The position numbers and the translations under genes were made by a program. This document shows positions 50,978 through 59,961 of a stretch of 64,000 nucleotides of DNA, one piece after another. Under the pieces are notes generated by a model. It was not told the DNA's origin, made no database searches, and saw nothing but the letters and a program-made list of their open reading frames with translations. Positions within the stretch are counted from its first letter, which is position 1. Every line of letters starts with the position of its first letter. The stretch comes from Nannocystis bainbridge (lineage in GTDB: Bacteria; Myxococcota_A; Polyangia; Nannocystales; Nannocystaceae), in assembly GCF_028368995.1 (NCBI RefSeq), contig NZ_JAQNDL010000001.1, forward strand, positions 4,096,001 to 4,160,000, written 5' to 3'.

Positions 50978-51101
50978 GACTCCAAGTTGTAACAGAACGA
51001 AGGGTCGTCGCAAGATCTGTTAGCGCGCGCAACGCGCGCGGAACTGCTCCGACCCTTGTAGAAGCAACGAGCGGCGGCGCCAGCGAGTCGCGGACGCCCG
51101 C

Positions 51102-51689
51102 TCAATCGAGGTCGTCGTCGTCGTCGTCGTCGAGGTCACCGAGCCGGGACAGCACGTCGTCGTCGGGCGGCGGCCCCGAGCCGGGCGCCAGCGACGGCTC
51201 GGTCGGGCTCTCCTCCTCCACGTCGACCTCGTCGTCGATCGCGTCGAGGTCGGCGCTGAGGCGTCGGCTGATCTCCAGCTCCGAGGGCTCGGTCTCTTCG
51301 GACATGTCCTTTAAATCATCCTCGGTGTCGCTGGCAGGTTCCTCCTCCGAGTCGGAGCTGCCCGACGACGCCTCGGCCGTCGCCGCCGTCCCGCCGCTCG
51401 ACCCCGTGCCGCTCGGAGCCGCGGCCGCCGGCGCCGCGACCTGCGTCGTCCGCTTGCTCGCGGTCTTCTTCGCCGCGGTCTTCTTCGCCGCGGTCTTCTT
51501 CGCCGCGGTCTTCTTCACCGCGGTCTTCTTCGCCGCCGGCTTCTTCGCAGCCGGCTTCTTCGCGGCGGCCTTCTTCGCCGTCGTCTTCTTCGCCACGGCC
51601 TTCTTCGCTGCCTTCTTTGGCGCGGCCTTCTTGGCGATCTTCTTGCTCGCGGTCTTCTTCGTTGCCTTCTTCCGATATGACGTAGCCAT
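51102..51689 (-). CDS. Histone H1-like Lys/Ala-rich protein with acidic C-terminal half
   Basis: GGAGGAG RBS; KKTAA/KKPAA pentapeptide repeats (15-bp tandem repeats at about 51459-51663); Asp/Glu-rich tail. Confidence 0.85.
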   Translation of the reverse strand: MATSYRKKATKKTASKKIAKKAAPKKAAKKAVAKKTTAKKAAAKKPAAKKPAAKKTAVKKTAAKKTAAKKTAAKKTASKRTTQVAAPAAAAPSGTGSSGGTAATAEASSGSSDSEEEPASDTEDDLKDMSEETEPSELEISRRLSADLDAIDDEVDVEEESPTEPSLAPGSGPPPDDDVLSRLGDLDDDDDDDLD

Positions 51690-51973
51690 CGCTCCTCCTC
51701 CCCAGAGCTCCCTCGACCTCGAGGCAGCTTTCTGTGACCGCAGCAGTTTGCCACGGAGCGCGGGGCTCTTGTCGATCTGGCTCAGAGCATGCGGCGTCGC
51801 TCGACGCGCGCGCCGTCGCTCCCGCGGGGCGTCGCTCGTCGATCGGACGTCACCCTCGCTCGCCGCGGCTCCTCTTCGCGGGCATGACCGCGGGTGCAGC
51901 CGTACGCCGTAACCCGGCGGCTCGTTCGCGGCGCCGCGACGGCCTGACGCCGTTCAGCGGCGGGGCGGCGGGC

Positions 51974-53293
51974 TCACACGGTCCAGGGGTAGACCCCGGA
52001 GCGCGTGGAGCCCTCTTCCATGGGCTCTTCTTCGCCTTCCATGCTGGTGGCGGCGGCTTCGACCTCGCCAGGCGGCTCGAGGTCGGCCTCGGCGAGGCGC
52101 ACGGGCAGGCGCACGGTGAACGTCGTGCCGCGTCCGAGCGCGCTCTCGACCTCGACGTCGCCGCGCATCAGCTGGCAGAAGTTGCGGCTGATGGCGAGGC
52201 CGAGGCCGGTGCCGCCGTAGCGGCGGGTCGTCGCCGCGCTGCCCTGCGCGAACTCCTGGAAGATGCGCTTGATCTGGCTCGGCGACATGCCGATGCCGGA
52301 GTCGGACACCGTGAACACGAGCTGCTCGCCGTGGTCGGTGGCCCGGCGGTGGGCGGCCAGCGCGACCTCGCCGCTGCTGGTGAACTTGGCGGCGTTGCTG
52401 AGCAGGTTGAGCAGGACCTGGCGGACCTTGACGCGGTCGAGGCGGACCGGGCCGAGGGCCTCCTCGCAGCGGGACACGAAGGTGTTGCGGTTCTTCTCGA
52501 TGAGCGGACGCGCGGTCATCGACACCTCGTCGATGACCTCCGCGAGGTCGAAGTCCTCGAGGAAGAGCTCCATCTTGCCGGCCTCGATCTTCGACAGATC
52601 GAGCATGTTGTTGATCAGCGACAGGAGGTGCTTGGAGGCCGCCTGGATCTTCTGCATGTCGGGGATGAAGCTCCCCGCCTGGACGACATCGTTGAACTCG
52701 TCCTCGAGCAGCTCGCTGTAGCCGATGATGGCCGTCAGCGGGGTGCGCAGCTCGTGGCTCATATGGGCGATGAAGGCGCTCTTGGCCCGCGAGGCGTCGA
52801 GCGCCTCCTCGTTGGAGCGGGCCAGCCGCTGGGCCCGACGCTCGAGTGTGTTGCGCTCGAGCTCGAGCCGCTCGGTGTGGGCCGTCTCGAGCGCGAGCGC
52901 CAGGTGGTCGGCGATCGCCAGCAAGATGTCGACGTCGTCCTGCGTGAACGGCCCGCGGGTGAGCGGCCGGACCAGGTAGATGACGCCGAAGAAGCGATGG
53001 CCGAGCAGCAGCGGCGCGGCCAGCATGTGCCGCGCCGGCAGCGGGCTGCCGTCGAGCTGCTCCGCGCCGGCGGGGTCGCCGGAGGTCGCAAACGGCTCGC
53101 GGCTGAGGCGGACCCGCTCGAGCACGGCCCCGCTCGCCAGCGCCAGGTCGGCCTCCTTGCCCTCGGCGTCGCGCGCCGACTTGAGGTGCAGCCGCTCGGT
53201 GCTCTCCGAGTAGAAGTACAGATAGGCCGCGTCGGCTCCGACGATCCGTACGATCTCGGGCAACGCGAGCGGCGTGGGCGACTTCCGCATCAT
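51974..53293 (-). CDS. GAF-domain sensor histidine kinase
   Basis: GAF segment, H-box SHELRTPL, N-box NLLSNAAKFT, DSGIG, F-box, GTGLGL, GTTF. Confidence 0.92.
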   Translation of the reverse strand: MMRKSPTPLALPEIVRIVGADAAYLYFYSESTERLHLKSARDAEGKEADLALASGAVLERVRLSREPFATSGDPAGAEQLDGSPLPARHMLAAPLLLGHRFFGVIYLVRPLTRGPFTQDDVDILLAIADHLALALETAHTERLELERNTLERRAQRLARSNEEALDASRAKSAFIAHMSHELRTPLTAIIGYSELLEDEFNDVVQAGSFIPDMQKIQAASKHLLSLINNMLDLSKIEAGKMELFLEDFDLAEVIDEVSMTARPLIEKNRNTFVSRCEEALGPVRLDRVKVRQVLLNLLSNAAKFTSSGEVALAAHRRATDHGEQLVFTVSDSGIGMSPSQIKRIFQEFAQGSAATTRRYGGTGLGLAISRNFCQLMRGDVEVESALGRGTTFTVRLPVRLAEADLEPPGEVEAAATSMEGEEEPMEEGSTRSGVYPWTV

Positions 53294-53552
53294 GACTCGA
53301 AGGGCTAGGAAGACGACGCGGGGCTCCGAGCGCGTCCTGTGGCTAGAAAGGCAGCCTAGACCATCGGCGCGGGCGTATCAACTGTTCGACGGGCGCAGCC
53401 GGTCGGGCCCGCCGGATCGCCCTCGTTCGCGCAGATCCGCCCGCGTTCGAGCGCTGCACGGCCTCGTCCTCGATCAACCGCGTTCACCACCAACGCGACG
53501 TCACGCCGTCACATGGCCCATGCGCCATGCGAAAAAACGGCGGCGACCGACG

Positions 53553-53837
53553 CTACGTGTAGCGGAGCGCGCAGCGGGTCTCTTCACCGTCGACCCTGAA
53601 GACGAGCCGACAGTCGGGCCGCTCGCGCTCGCAGATCGTGCCGCCGATCGCCGCGGGTCGACCCTCGGGGTCCATGACGGTCTGCACCTCAATGCTGACG
53701 CCGAAGGTCTGCTCGAGCGATCGCACCCACGTCATGTAGTCGTGCGAACAGTTGGGATCGCGCGTCAACAAGGCGCTGCTGCGCTGCGCGATCAGGTTGA
53801 CCAGATGCGTGTAACGGCGAGGGTTGTTAGCGATCAC
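53553..53837 (-). CDS. Small hypothetical protein
   Basis: 94-aa ORF with a GGAG RBS upstream of the GTG and protein-like composition. Confidence 0.55.
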   Translation of the reverse strand: MIANNPRRYTHLVNLIAQRSSALLTRDPNCSHDYMTWVRSLEQTFGVSIEVQTVMDPEGRPAAIGGTICERERPDCRLVFRVDGEETRCALRYT

Positions 53838-53977
53838 GACACCGAACTCCAGGTGTTCCGCCAGGGGGGGACGAAAATCTTACTATGGGCCGGAAGGCGC
53901 GATCCATCCATCGCGCCAGGTCGAGGCCGAGAATCGGTGTATCCCAGATCGCAAAATTCGGCGCGGCGCGCCGACCG

Positions 53978-55204
53978 TCAGGGGCTACCCGTCGGCGCCA
54001 TCAGCTCTGATCCAGCGGACGGGTGTCCGAGTGGGAGGCGGCGGCAGTACACACCACGATCCCAGATCGTGTTGTGCGAGGCGACGCAGACGACGCCGCT
54101 GCGCCAGTCGACGGCGAGGCCGCCCGCCTGAACCCGCTCCAATCCCAGCGCAGTCCACGTCGCGCCGCCGTCGTCGCTGGCCCAGATACCCTCTCCCCAG
54201 GACCCGGCGATCACCCGCGACCCATCAGCGGGATCGGGGACCATCACCCGCATGTCCGACACCGGCGGCGTCCTCGGCTCGAACAGCCGACCGGGCGGCG
54301 CGACCCGGAGATCGGTCGACCAGATGTTGCCGTGACGCGCGTAGCGCCAGCCGCCAGCGACGGCCCCGTAGAAATATACGATCGCTTCGGGCGCCGGCTC
54401 CGAGAGCCACTCCCCCGCTTCGCCTTCGCGCGACCACCACGCCGTGCCGAGCGCCACGGCGGTCCCTCCGCCGAGCGCGACGGTGTGGACCCGGCCTTCG
54501 AACTGTTCTTCGGACCATGTCCCTTTGGCCATGTCGAGACGGTGCAGCGCGCCGTCGACGACCGCGAAGAGCTCGCTCGCGCCGACGGCCAGGCTCCTCA
54601 GCTCGCCGGGCGGCCGGCCGAGCGAGCGCCACCGCCCCGTGGCCGGATCGCGCTGATCGAGCCGCGCCGTGCCGCGCGGGGCGGTCCATAGCGTGCCGTC
54701 GGGCGCGGCACAAAACTCCCAGGCGTCCCCGCCAGGGGGGCCGCCGAGGTCACGCCAACCGTCGTCGCCGTGAGCCCACACGTTGCCGCCGCCAGCTTGC
54801 ACGACGAAGCCGTCGACCGACGAGAAGACGATCCGCGGACTATTCCACTCCTCGCTGCCCGCCAGCAAGGTCCACGACGGATCGATCGGACGCGCCCAGG
54901 CGACGACGCCCCAGACGCCGGCGACGAGGTGCGAGAGGATGGCGAGTCGCACGATCACCCATCGCAGCCTCGCTGGCGTCCACGCGAAAAGATCATCCAG
55001 CGCGCCGACGTCGAACCACACGCCGAGGGCCGCGAACAACACGGCCATCACGGGGATCCCCGACAACGCCCACCACGGCGCGATCAACAAGACCGCGCCG
55101 ATGAACGCGAGCATGACGTACGAACCCAGGCGATACCCGCCGACGGCCGCCCGCACGAGGATGCGTCCCACGTCCACGACCCGAGGATGCCACAGCGAGC
55201 CCAT
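53978..55204 (-). CDS. Membrane-anchored beta-propeller (BNR/sialidase-like repeat) protein, start uncertain
   Basis: N-terminal TM helices; Trp-rich repeats and an Asp-box SDDGGATW. Confidence 0.7.
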   Translation of the reverse strand: MGSLWHPRVVDVGRILVRAAVGGYRLGSYVMLAFIGAVLLIAPWWALSGIPVMAVLFAALGVWFDVGALDDLFAWTPARLRWVIVRLAILSHLVAGVWGVVAWARPIDPSWTLLAGSEEWNSPRIVFSSVDGFVVQAGGGNVWAHGDDGWRDLGGPPGGDAWEFCAAPDGTLWTAPRGTARLDQRDPATGRWRSLGRPPGELRSLAVGASELFAVVDGALHRLDMAKGTWSEEQFEGRVHTVALGGGTAVALGTAWWSREGEAGEWLSEPAPEAIVYFYGAVAGGWRYARHGNIWSTDLRVAPPGRLFEPRTPPVSDMRVMVPDPADGSRVIAGSWGEGIWASDDGGATWTALGLERVQAGGLAVDWRSGVVCVASHNTIWDRGVYCRRLPLGHPSAGSELMAPTGSP

Positions 55205-55420
55205 CGGCCGGGAGGGGCGAAATCCGGCCTCGCGCACGGGTTCGCATCCGAGGCGAAGCCCGAGCCCCGACTTCCGACCTCCGTACATCGCGTCTGCTCG
55301 AGGTCGGGTCGCGTGAATGAATAATCGGCGCGAGCGAGGCTCGCTCGTTCATTGACACAAGGTCTTTGGTTCTGAAGCGCGTCCGGTCCGTGCGAGGTCG
55401 GGTGCCGTTAACTTGAGACC

Positions 55421-56209
55421 ATGTTCGAGCACTATCTGCACCAACACGCCCCCGATCGTCGTCGTCGTCTGCGCCTGGTGGTGGCGGCTCACCTCGCGGC
55501 GCTCGCCACCGTCGGGGCGCTCGGCTTCACCTGGCTCATGGGCAAGCTGCAGATCGCTCAGGTCGCGCCGCCGAACGCCAACTTCGTGCTCGTGCAGATG
55601 ACGCTCGACACCCCGCTGCCGCCGCCTCCGCTGCCGCCCGCGCCCGCCCGCGCCGAGCCCGAGGACAAGGTCGTGCCGGAGGAGCCGAAGCCCGACGACC
55701 AGCCGCCCGAGGACTTCACCGAGCTGCTCCCGCCGCCCCGGCCGCGACCTGGTCCGGTGGGCAACGGCGCGCCCACGGCCACCGGCACCGCGCCCATCGG
55801 TGTGCCCGGCGTGAGCAACGGGATCCCCGGCGTCACCGGCCTCCCGCCCGGCTTCGCCACTCCCACCCTCGCCGCCCCGCGCCAACCGAAGGGCGAGCAG
55901 CGAGCCCCGGTGCCGCTCGACGCCGTGCGCGCCCAGGCCGTCTACAACCCGAACCCGGCCCAGGAGCGGCTCGCGGCCACTCGCGCCGGCATGTTCGACA
56001 AGCGCCCCGGCGAGAACGAGACCGCGTTCTGCGTCGACGCCACCGGACGCACCACGGAGATCCGCACGATCAAGGCGTTCCCCGGCGACCCGGGCGTCGA
56101 CGAGGTGATCCGCTCGACGATCAAGACCTGGCGGTTCCGCCCGTTCATGGTCGAGGGCAAGGCGATCAAGACCTGTACCTCGCAGCAATTCCGCATCACA
56201 TTCAAATAA
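55421..56209 (+). CDS. TonB-like energy transducer (TM, Pro-rich linker, TonB C-terminal-like domain)
   Basis: N-terminal TM with His (AAHL), Pro-rich spacer, FCVDATG...IKTWRFRP..EGKAI. Confidence 0.8.
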   Translation: MFEHYLHQHAPDRRRRLRLVVAAHLAALATVGALGFTWLMGKLQIAQVAPPNANFVLVQMTLDTPLPPPPLPPAPARAEPEDKVVPEEPKPDDQPPEDFTELLPPPRPRPGPVGNGAPTATGTAPIGVPGVSNGIPGVTGLPPGFATPTLAAPRQPKGEQRAPVPLDAVRAQAVYNPNPAQERLAATRAGMFDKRPGENETAFCVDATGRTTEIRTIKAFPGDPGVDEVIRSTIKTWRFRPFMVEGKAIKTCTSQQFRITFK

Positions 56210-56272
56210 TGTGTCCCGAAGGGCATGCTCTCCAGAGCATGTCCTTCAGAACATGTTCGATGGAGCATGCCA
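56207..56272. repeat. 14-bp-period CATG decamer array (4 + 1 units) filling a convergent gap
   Basis: GGGCATGCTC-tcca-GAGCATGTCC-ttca-GAACATGTTC-gatg-GAGCATGCCA; CATG at 56224, 56238, 56252, 56266, plus TGTG at 56210. Confidence 0.92.
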
Positions 56273-56273
56273 C

Positions 56274-57401
56274 TCAGGGCAGGCCAATCGGCGCGCCGCT
56301 GATGCCGACCGGGAGGCGGTAGAGGTCGCCCGGGTTACCCGACAGGTACAGGCTCTCGGGGTCCCAGCCGGCGCCCCAGCCGAACTGCGCGTTGGCGACG
56401 TTGCTGTCGAACTCGGCCAGTTGCTCGGGCGCGCCGACGAGCGCGGCGTCGGCGTCGAGGATCCCGCGGAACAGGCGGCTGTTGCCCTGGTCGACGGCGT
56501 AGACGTTGCCGCACTTGTCGAGCACCAGGCCGTCGAGCGCGGCCCCCGGGACGGTGAGGACCTCGGACGGCTCACCGGCCGCGTCGCCGGCGTCGTCGAC
56601 GGCGAGCTTCAGCACCCGGCCGGCGCCGTAGTTGGTGAAGAACAGCAGGCCGCGCGCCGCGTCGAGCACCACGCCGTTGGCGGTCGAGGCCATCGGCCCC
56701 TCGTAGACGGTGGTCTTGGTGAAGCGACCGTCGAAGCGGACCACCCGGCCGCCGCCGAACTCGGTGAGCCACACGCGGCCGGTCGGATCGACGTAGAGGC
56801 CGTTGGGGCTGGCGAGGCCGCCGGCGGCGTCGTCGACCGTGCCGTCGCTGGCGATCGTCTGCAGATCACCCGACTGCGGCAGCGCCACCAGCAGCGCGCC
56901 GCCGGGGGCGAAGCGCGTGCCGTAGATCTGCGGGAAGCCGCTCGCAAGCTCCGTCTCGAGCAGCTCCGCGGTGACGATCACCACCGCGTCGTCGCGCTTG
57001 AGCGCGAGCCCGCCGGCGCCGTCGAACCCGAGGTCCTCGCTGCCGTCGAAGCCCTCGGCGACCAGCTCGGGCGCGAACGGCCCGGGCGCGATCGTCACGC
57101 AGTCGAGCTCCTCGCCGGTCGTCTCTTCGCTGGTCGTCGACGAGGTCCCGGGCTCGGTCGTCGAAGTCGTCGCCTCGGTGGTCGTGAGCGAGGTCGTCGG
57201 CGGATCGCCGGTGGTGTCCTCCGAGGTCCCGGTGGTCGTGTCGGTGGTCGACGTCGTGTCGGTGGTCGAAGTCGCGTCCGTGGTGGTCGGATCGGTCGTC
57301 GAGGTGGTGTCCGCGGTGGTCTGGCTGCCGTTGTCGCCGCAGGCGGGGACGAACGACGCGAGGGTCAGCGAGATCGCAAGGGTAGGTGCGCGCGAGGCCA
57401 T
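56274..57401 (-). CDS. SMP-30/gluconolactonase-family lipoprotein with Thr stalk
   Basis: VPAC lipobox, SEDLGFD, PNGL, ANGVVLD, DGLVLDKCGNVY, ANAQFG. Confidence 0.82.
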   Translation of the reverse strand: MASRAPTLAISLTLASFVPACGDNGSQTTADTTSTTDPTTTDATSTTDTTSTTDTTTGTSEDTTGDPPTTSLTTTEATTSTTEPGTSSTTSEETTGEELDCVTIAPGPFAPELVAEGFDGSEDLGFDGAGGLALKRDDAVVIVTAELLETELASGFPQIYGTRFAPGGALLVALPQSGDLQTIASDGTVDDAAGGLASPNGLYVDPTGRVWLTEFGGGRVVRFDGRFTKTTVYEGPMASTANGVVLDAARGLLFFTNYGAGRVLKLAVDDAGDAAGEPSEVLTVPGAALDGLVLDKCGNVYAVDQGNSRLFRGILDADAALVGAPEQLAEFDSNVANAQFGWGAGWDPESLYLSGNPGDLYRLPVGISGAPIGLP

Positions 57402-57411
57402 GGCCCGCACG

Positions 57412-59115
57412 CTATCGCGTCGTGACCAGGCTCGCCAGACTGCGGCCGTCGACCTGCGGCGGCGTGATACCGAGGAGCTCGGCCAGCGTCGGCGCGACGT
57501 CGACGGTGCCGACCGGCTCGGCGAGCGTCTTCGCCACCACCGGGCCGCCGAAGAACAGCACCGGCACGTGCGTGTCGTAGCGGTACGGCGAGCCGTGGCT
57601 GGTGCCCGTCGGGTAGCTCGCGGCCAGCGTCCACTCCTTGAAGCGCAGGGTCACGTCGGGGCTGCGCGCGGGGAAGAAGCTGCGGCGATAGCGTTCGAGG
57701 AACTCGGACGCGCCGGTGTCGGGGGCGGTGCCGGACAGCAGGTCGGCGGTGAACACCTCGGCGACAAAATCGAGTCCGGCCAGCTGCTTGCCCACCGCCG
57801 CGCGCAGCTCGGGGGCCGCGATCCCCTTGGCCTCGGCAGCGGCGACGTCGAGCCACACCCCGGTCTCGCCGATGTCGAGCAGGACCTCGGGCGGCAGGCC
57901 GAGCGCCTTGGTGGCGAGGCCGACCTGGCGCGTGACCTGGGCCTTATAGTCGGCCATGACGACGCGGCGGGCGTCCTTCTGCTGGCCCGACTGGACCAGC
58001 AGCTCGGGGATGGGGATCGCGCCGTGATCGGCGGTGAGGGCGAGCACGTAATTGCCGGCGCCGACGTGTTTGTCGAGCGCGCGCAGGAACACGTCGAGGT
58101 AGCCGTCGAGGCGCATGTAGTAGTCCTGGGCCTCGTGGCTCATCGGCCCGTAGCGGTGACCGACGTAGTCGGCGCTCGAGCAGCTGACGAGCAAGATGTC
58201 GGGGTCGGCGTCGACGCCGAGCTGCTCCTCTTCGAGCAGGCGCTGGGCGAACGCCAGCGTCAGCTCGTCGCCGAACGGGGTCCACTGCAGCTCCTTGAGG
58301 AAGGCCTCGCGCGCCTGTGGGCCGCCGTCGTCGAACACGTGCGGCAATTCGGTGTGCACGCGGTCGGCCTCGAACTCGACCTTGTCGGCGCCCGAGCGGG
58401 CGTACACGTCGGGCTCGCGCAGCCGCTGCCAGCCCTCGGCGAACCGGCGGAACACATTGGTCTCGCCGTTGAACTCGGCCACCCACGCCGGCAGCGCCTC
58501 GCCGTACCAGCTCGACGACACGTAGCCGGCCGCCGCCGGGTCGAACCAGTAGGCGCGGTCGGGGTGCTGCCCGCCCATCATCACGCTCGCGCGGTCCTTG
58601 AAGGCGACCGAGAACACCCTGGCCTTCGGGACCTGTCCCTTGAGCCAGTCGCCGATCGCCGGGCGCATCAGCTGCTCCGGCGAGCGGCCGTCGGGCGAGC
58701 CCGCGCGCGGGCCCGAGGCGGTGATGCGCGCGTCCTTGTCGTCGGCGGCGTAGGCCTTCTTGCGGACGGAGCGGTCGTACCACTCGTTCTCGATGATGCC
58801 GTGGCGGCTCGGGTGGGTCGCGGTCGCCGCGCTGGCGTGGCCGGGCGCGGTGAAGGTCAGCGCGTGCTGCAGGTGCCCCTCTTCGAACAGCGCGCCCTGC
58901 TGGCGCAAGCGGGCCAGGCCGCCGGTATAGAGGTCGGCGTAGCGCGACAGGTAGTCGGCGCGCATCTGGTCGACGACCAGCAGGACCACCAGACGCGGCC
59001 GTGACTCGCCCCGGGGGGCCTCGGGCGCGTGAACTTTCGCGTCGCTGCCCGATTCGCGCGTACACGCCGCGAGCAGGGCGAGGGCGACGGTCCACGAGAG
59101 TTTCGCTGCGGACAT
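57412..59115 (-). CDS. Alkaline phosphatase superfamily lipoprotein (PafA-like)
   Basis: VVDQMRADY, TAPGHA, SVAFKDRAS, DYVGHRYGP, LTADHG, HGSPYRYDTHVP. Confidence 0.9.
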   Translation of the reverse strand: MSAAKLSWTVALALLAACTRESGSDAKVHAPEAPRGESRPRLVVLLVVDQMRADYLSRYADLYTGGLARLRQQGALFEEGHLQHALTFTAPGHASAATATHPSRHGIIENEWYDRSVRKKAYAADDKDARITASGPRAGSPDGRSPEQLMRPAIGDWLKGQVPKARVFSVAFKDRASVMMGGQHPDRAYWFDPAAAGYVSSSWYGEALPAWVAEFNGETNVFRRFAEGWQRLREPDVYARSGADKVEFEADRVHTELPHVFDDGGPQAREAFLKELQWTPFGDELTLAFAQRLLEEEQLGVDADPDILLVSCSSADYVGHRYGPMSHEAQDYYMRLDGYLDVFLRALDKHVGAGNYVLALTADHGAIPIPELLVQSGQQKDARRVVMADYKAQVTRQVGLATKALGLPPEVLLDIGETGVWLDVAAAEAKGIAAPELRAAVGKQLAGLDFVAEVFTADLLSGTAPDTGASEFLERYRRSFFPARSPDVTLRFKEWTLAASYPTGTSHGSPYRYDTHVPVLFFGGPVVAKTLAEPVGTVDVAPTLAELLGITPPQVDGRSLASLVTTR

Positions 59116-59172
59116 GCGGCGGCAGATCTACGCCCGTTCGCGGTCAGGGTCCAGGTGTGAGCCAGGCACCGA

Positions 59173-59201
59173 TTGACAGCCCCAGGTCGCCCTTTCACAC
59201 T
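59173..59201 (+). promoter_or_regulatory. Sigma70-like promoter, leaderless
   Basis: TTGACA-N17-CACACT-N7-ATG(59209). Confidence 0.6.
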
Positions 59202-59208
59202 CCGCGCC

Positions 59209-59874
59209 ATGCACGTCCGTCACGCGATCCTCGCCTCGCTCCTCGGATGCACCGTCGTCGCCTGTCAGGGCGGCGCCGCTGCCCCCGCCGCCCAGCCCGC
59301 CGCCGAGGCGGCGAAGGTCGCCGACCCGGCCAAGACCGCCGAGCCGCCGAAGGCCGAAGACAAGGTCGCCGTCGCCGACAAGCACGAGGCCGAAGAGGGC
59401 TGCGTCTACGCCGGCCAGCACAAGGAAGGCCACGACGACGAGGCCGACTGCCCGCACGGCGGCGCCGAGGGCACCCCTAACTCCGGCGAGCCGGGCCACT
59501 TCGGCGCCGCGTTCGCGCTCAAGGACGCCAAGCCGCTCGGCCCGATCCTCGCCGCCGGCAAGGACGCCCTGCCCAAGGACGCCGTCCAGATCAGCGGCAC
59601 CGTCGACAGCGTGTGCCAGAAGAAGGGCTGCTGGATGGTCGTGAAGGACGGCGACCAGGAGGCCCGCATCCTCATGAAGGACCACGGCTTCACCGTGCCG
59701 ATGGACACCAAGGGCAAGCCCGTGTTCGTCGAGGGCACCCTCGAGGCCCGCACCTTCACCGAGGCCCAGGTCAAGCACCTCGAGAAGGACGCCGGCAAGG
59801 ACCCGGCCGCCGCCTCGGGCGAGCGCACCGAGTACGTGCTCACCGCCTCGGGCGTGAAGATCCAGAACAGCTGA
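59209..59874 (+). CDS. DUF4920-domain lipoprotein
   Basis: VVAC lipobox; G.V..VCQKKGCWM, KDHGFTVP, KHLEKDAGK, ASGV. Confidence 0.85.
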   Translation: MHVRHAILASLLGCTVVACQGGAAAPAAQPAAEAAKVADPAKTAEPPKAEDKVAVADKHEAEEGCVYAGQHKEGHDDEADCPHGGAEGTPNSGEPGHFGAAFALKDAKPLGPILAAGKDALPKDAVQISGTVDSVCQKKGCWMVVKDGDQEARILMKDHGFTVPMDTKGKPVFVEGTLEARTFTEAQVKHLEKDAGKDPAAASGERTEYVLTASGVKIQNS

Positions 59875-59882
59875 GCCGCGCG

Positions 59883-59948
59883 CGTCCTGCTCGTCAGGAC
59901 ATGTCGCAACGCTCATGCCCGAAGGGCCATGTCCGCGAGGACATGGCC
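59883..59948. repeat. 14-bp-period CATG decamer array (4 + 1 units) between convergent genes
   Basis: CCTG at 59886; CATG at 59900, 59914, 59928, 59942. GGCCATGTCC-gcga-GGACATGGCC is a perfect hairpin with a GNRA loop. Confidence 0.92.
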
Positions 59949-59961
59949 CTTCGCGCGTCCG

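Noticed and set aside
51459-51663. 15-bp tandem repeats as an independent DNA element
   Set aside because: Fully explained by the KKTAA/KKPAA peptide repeats of the H1-like protein.
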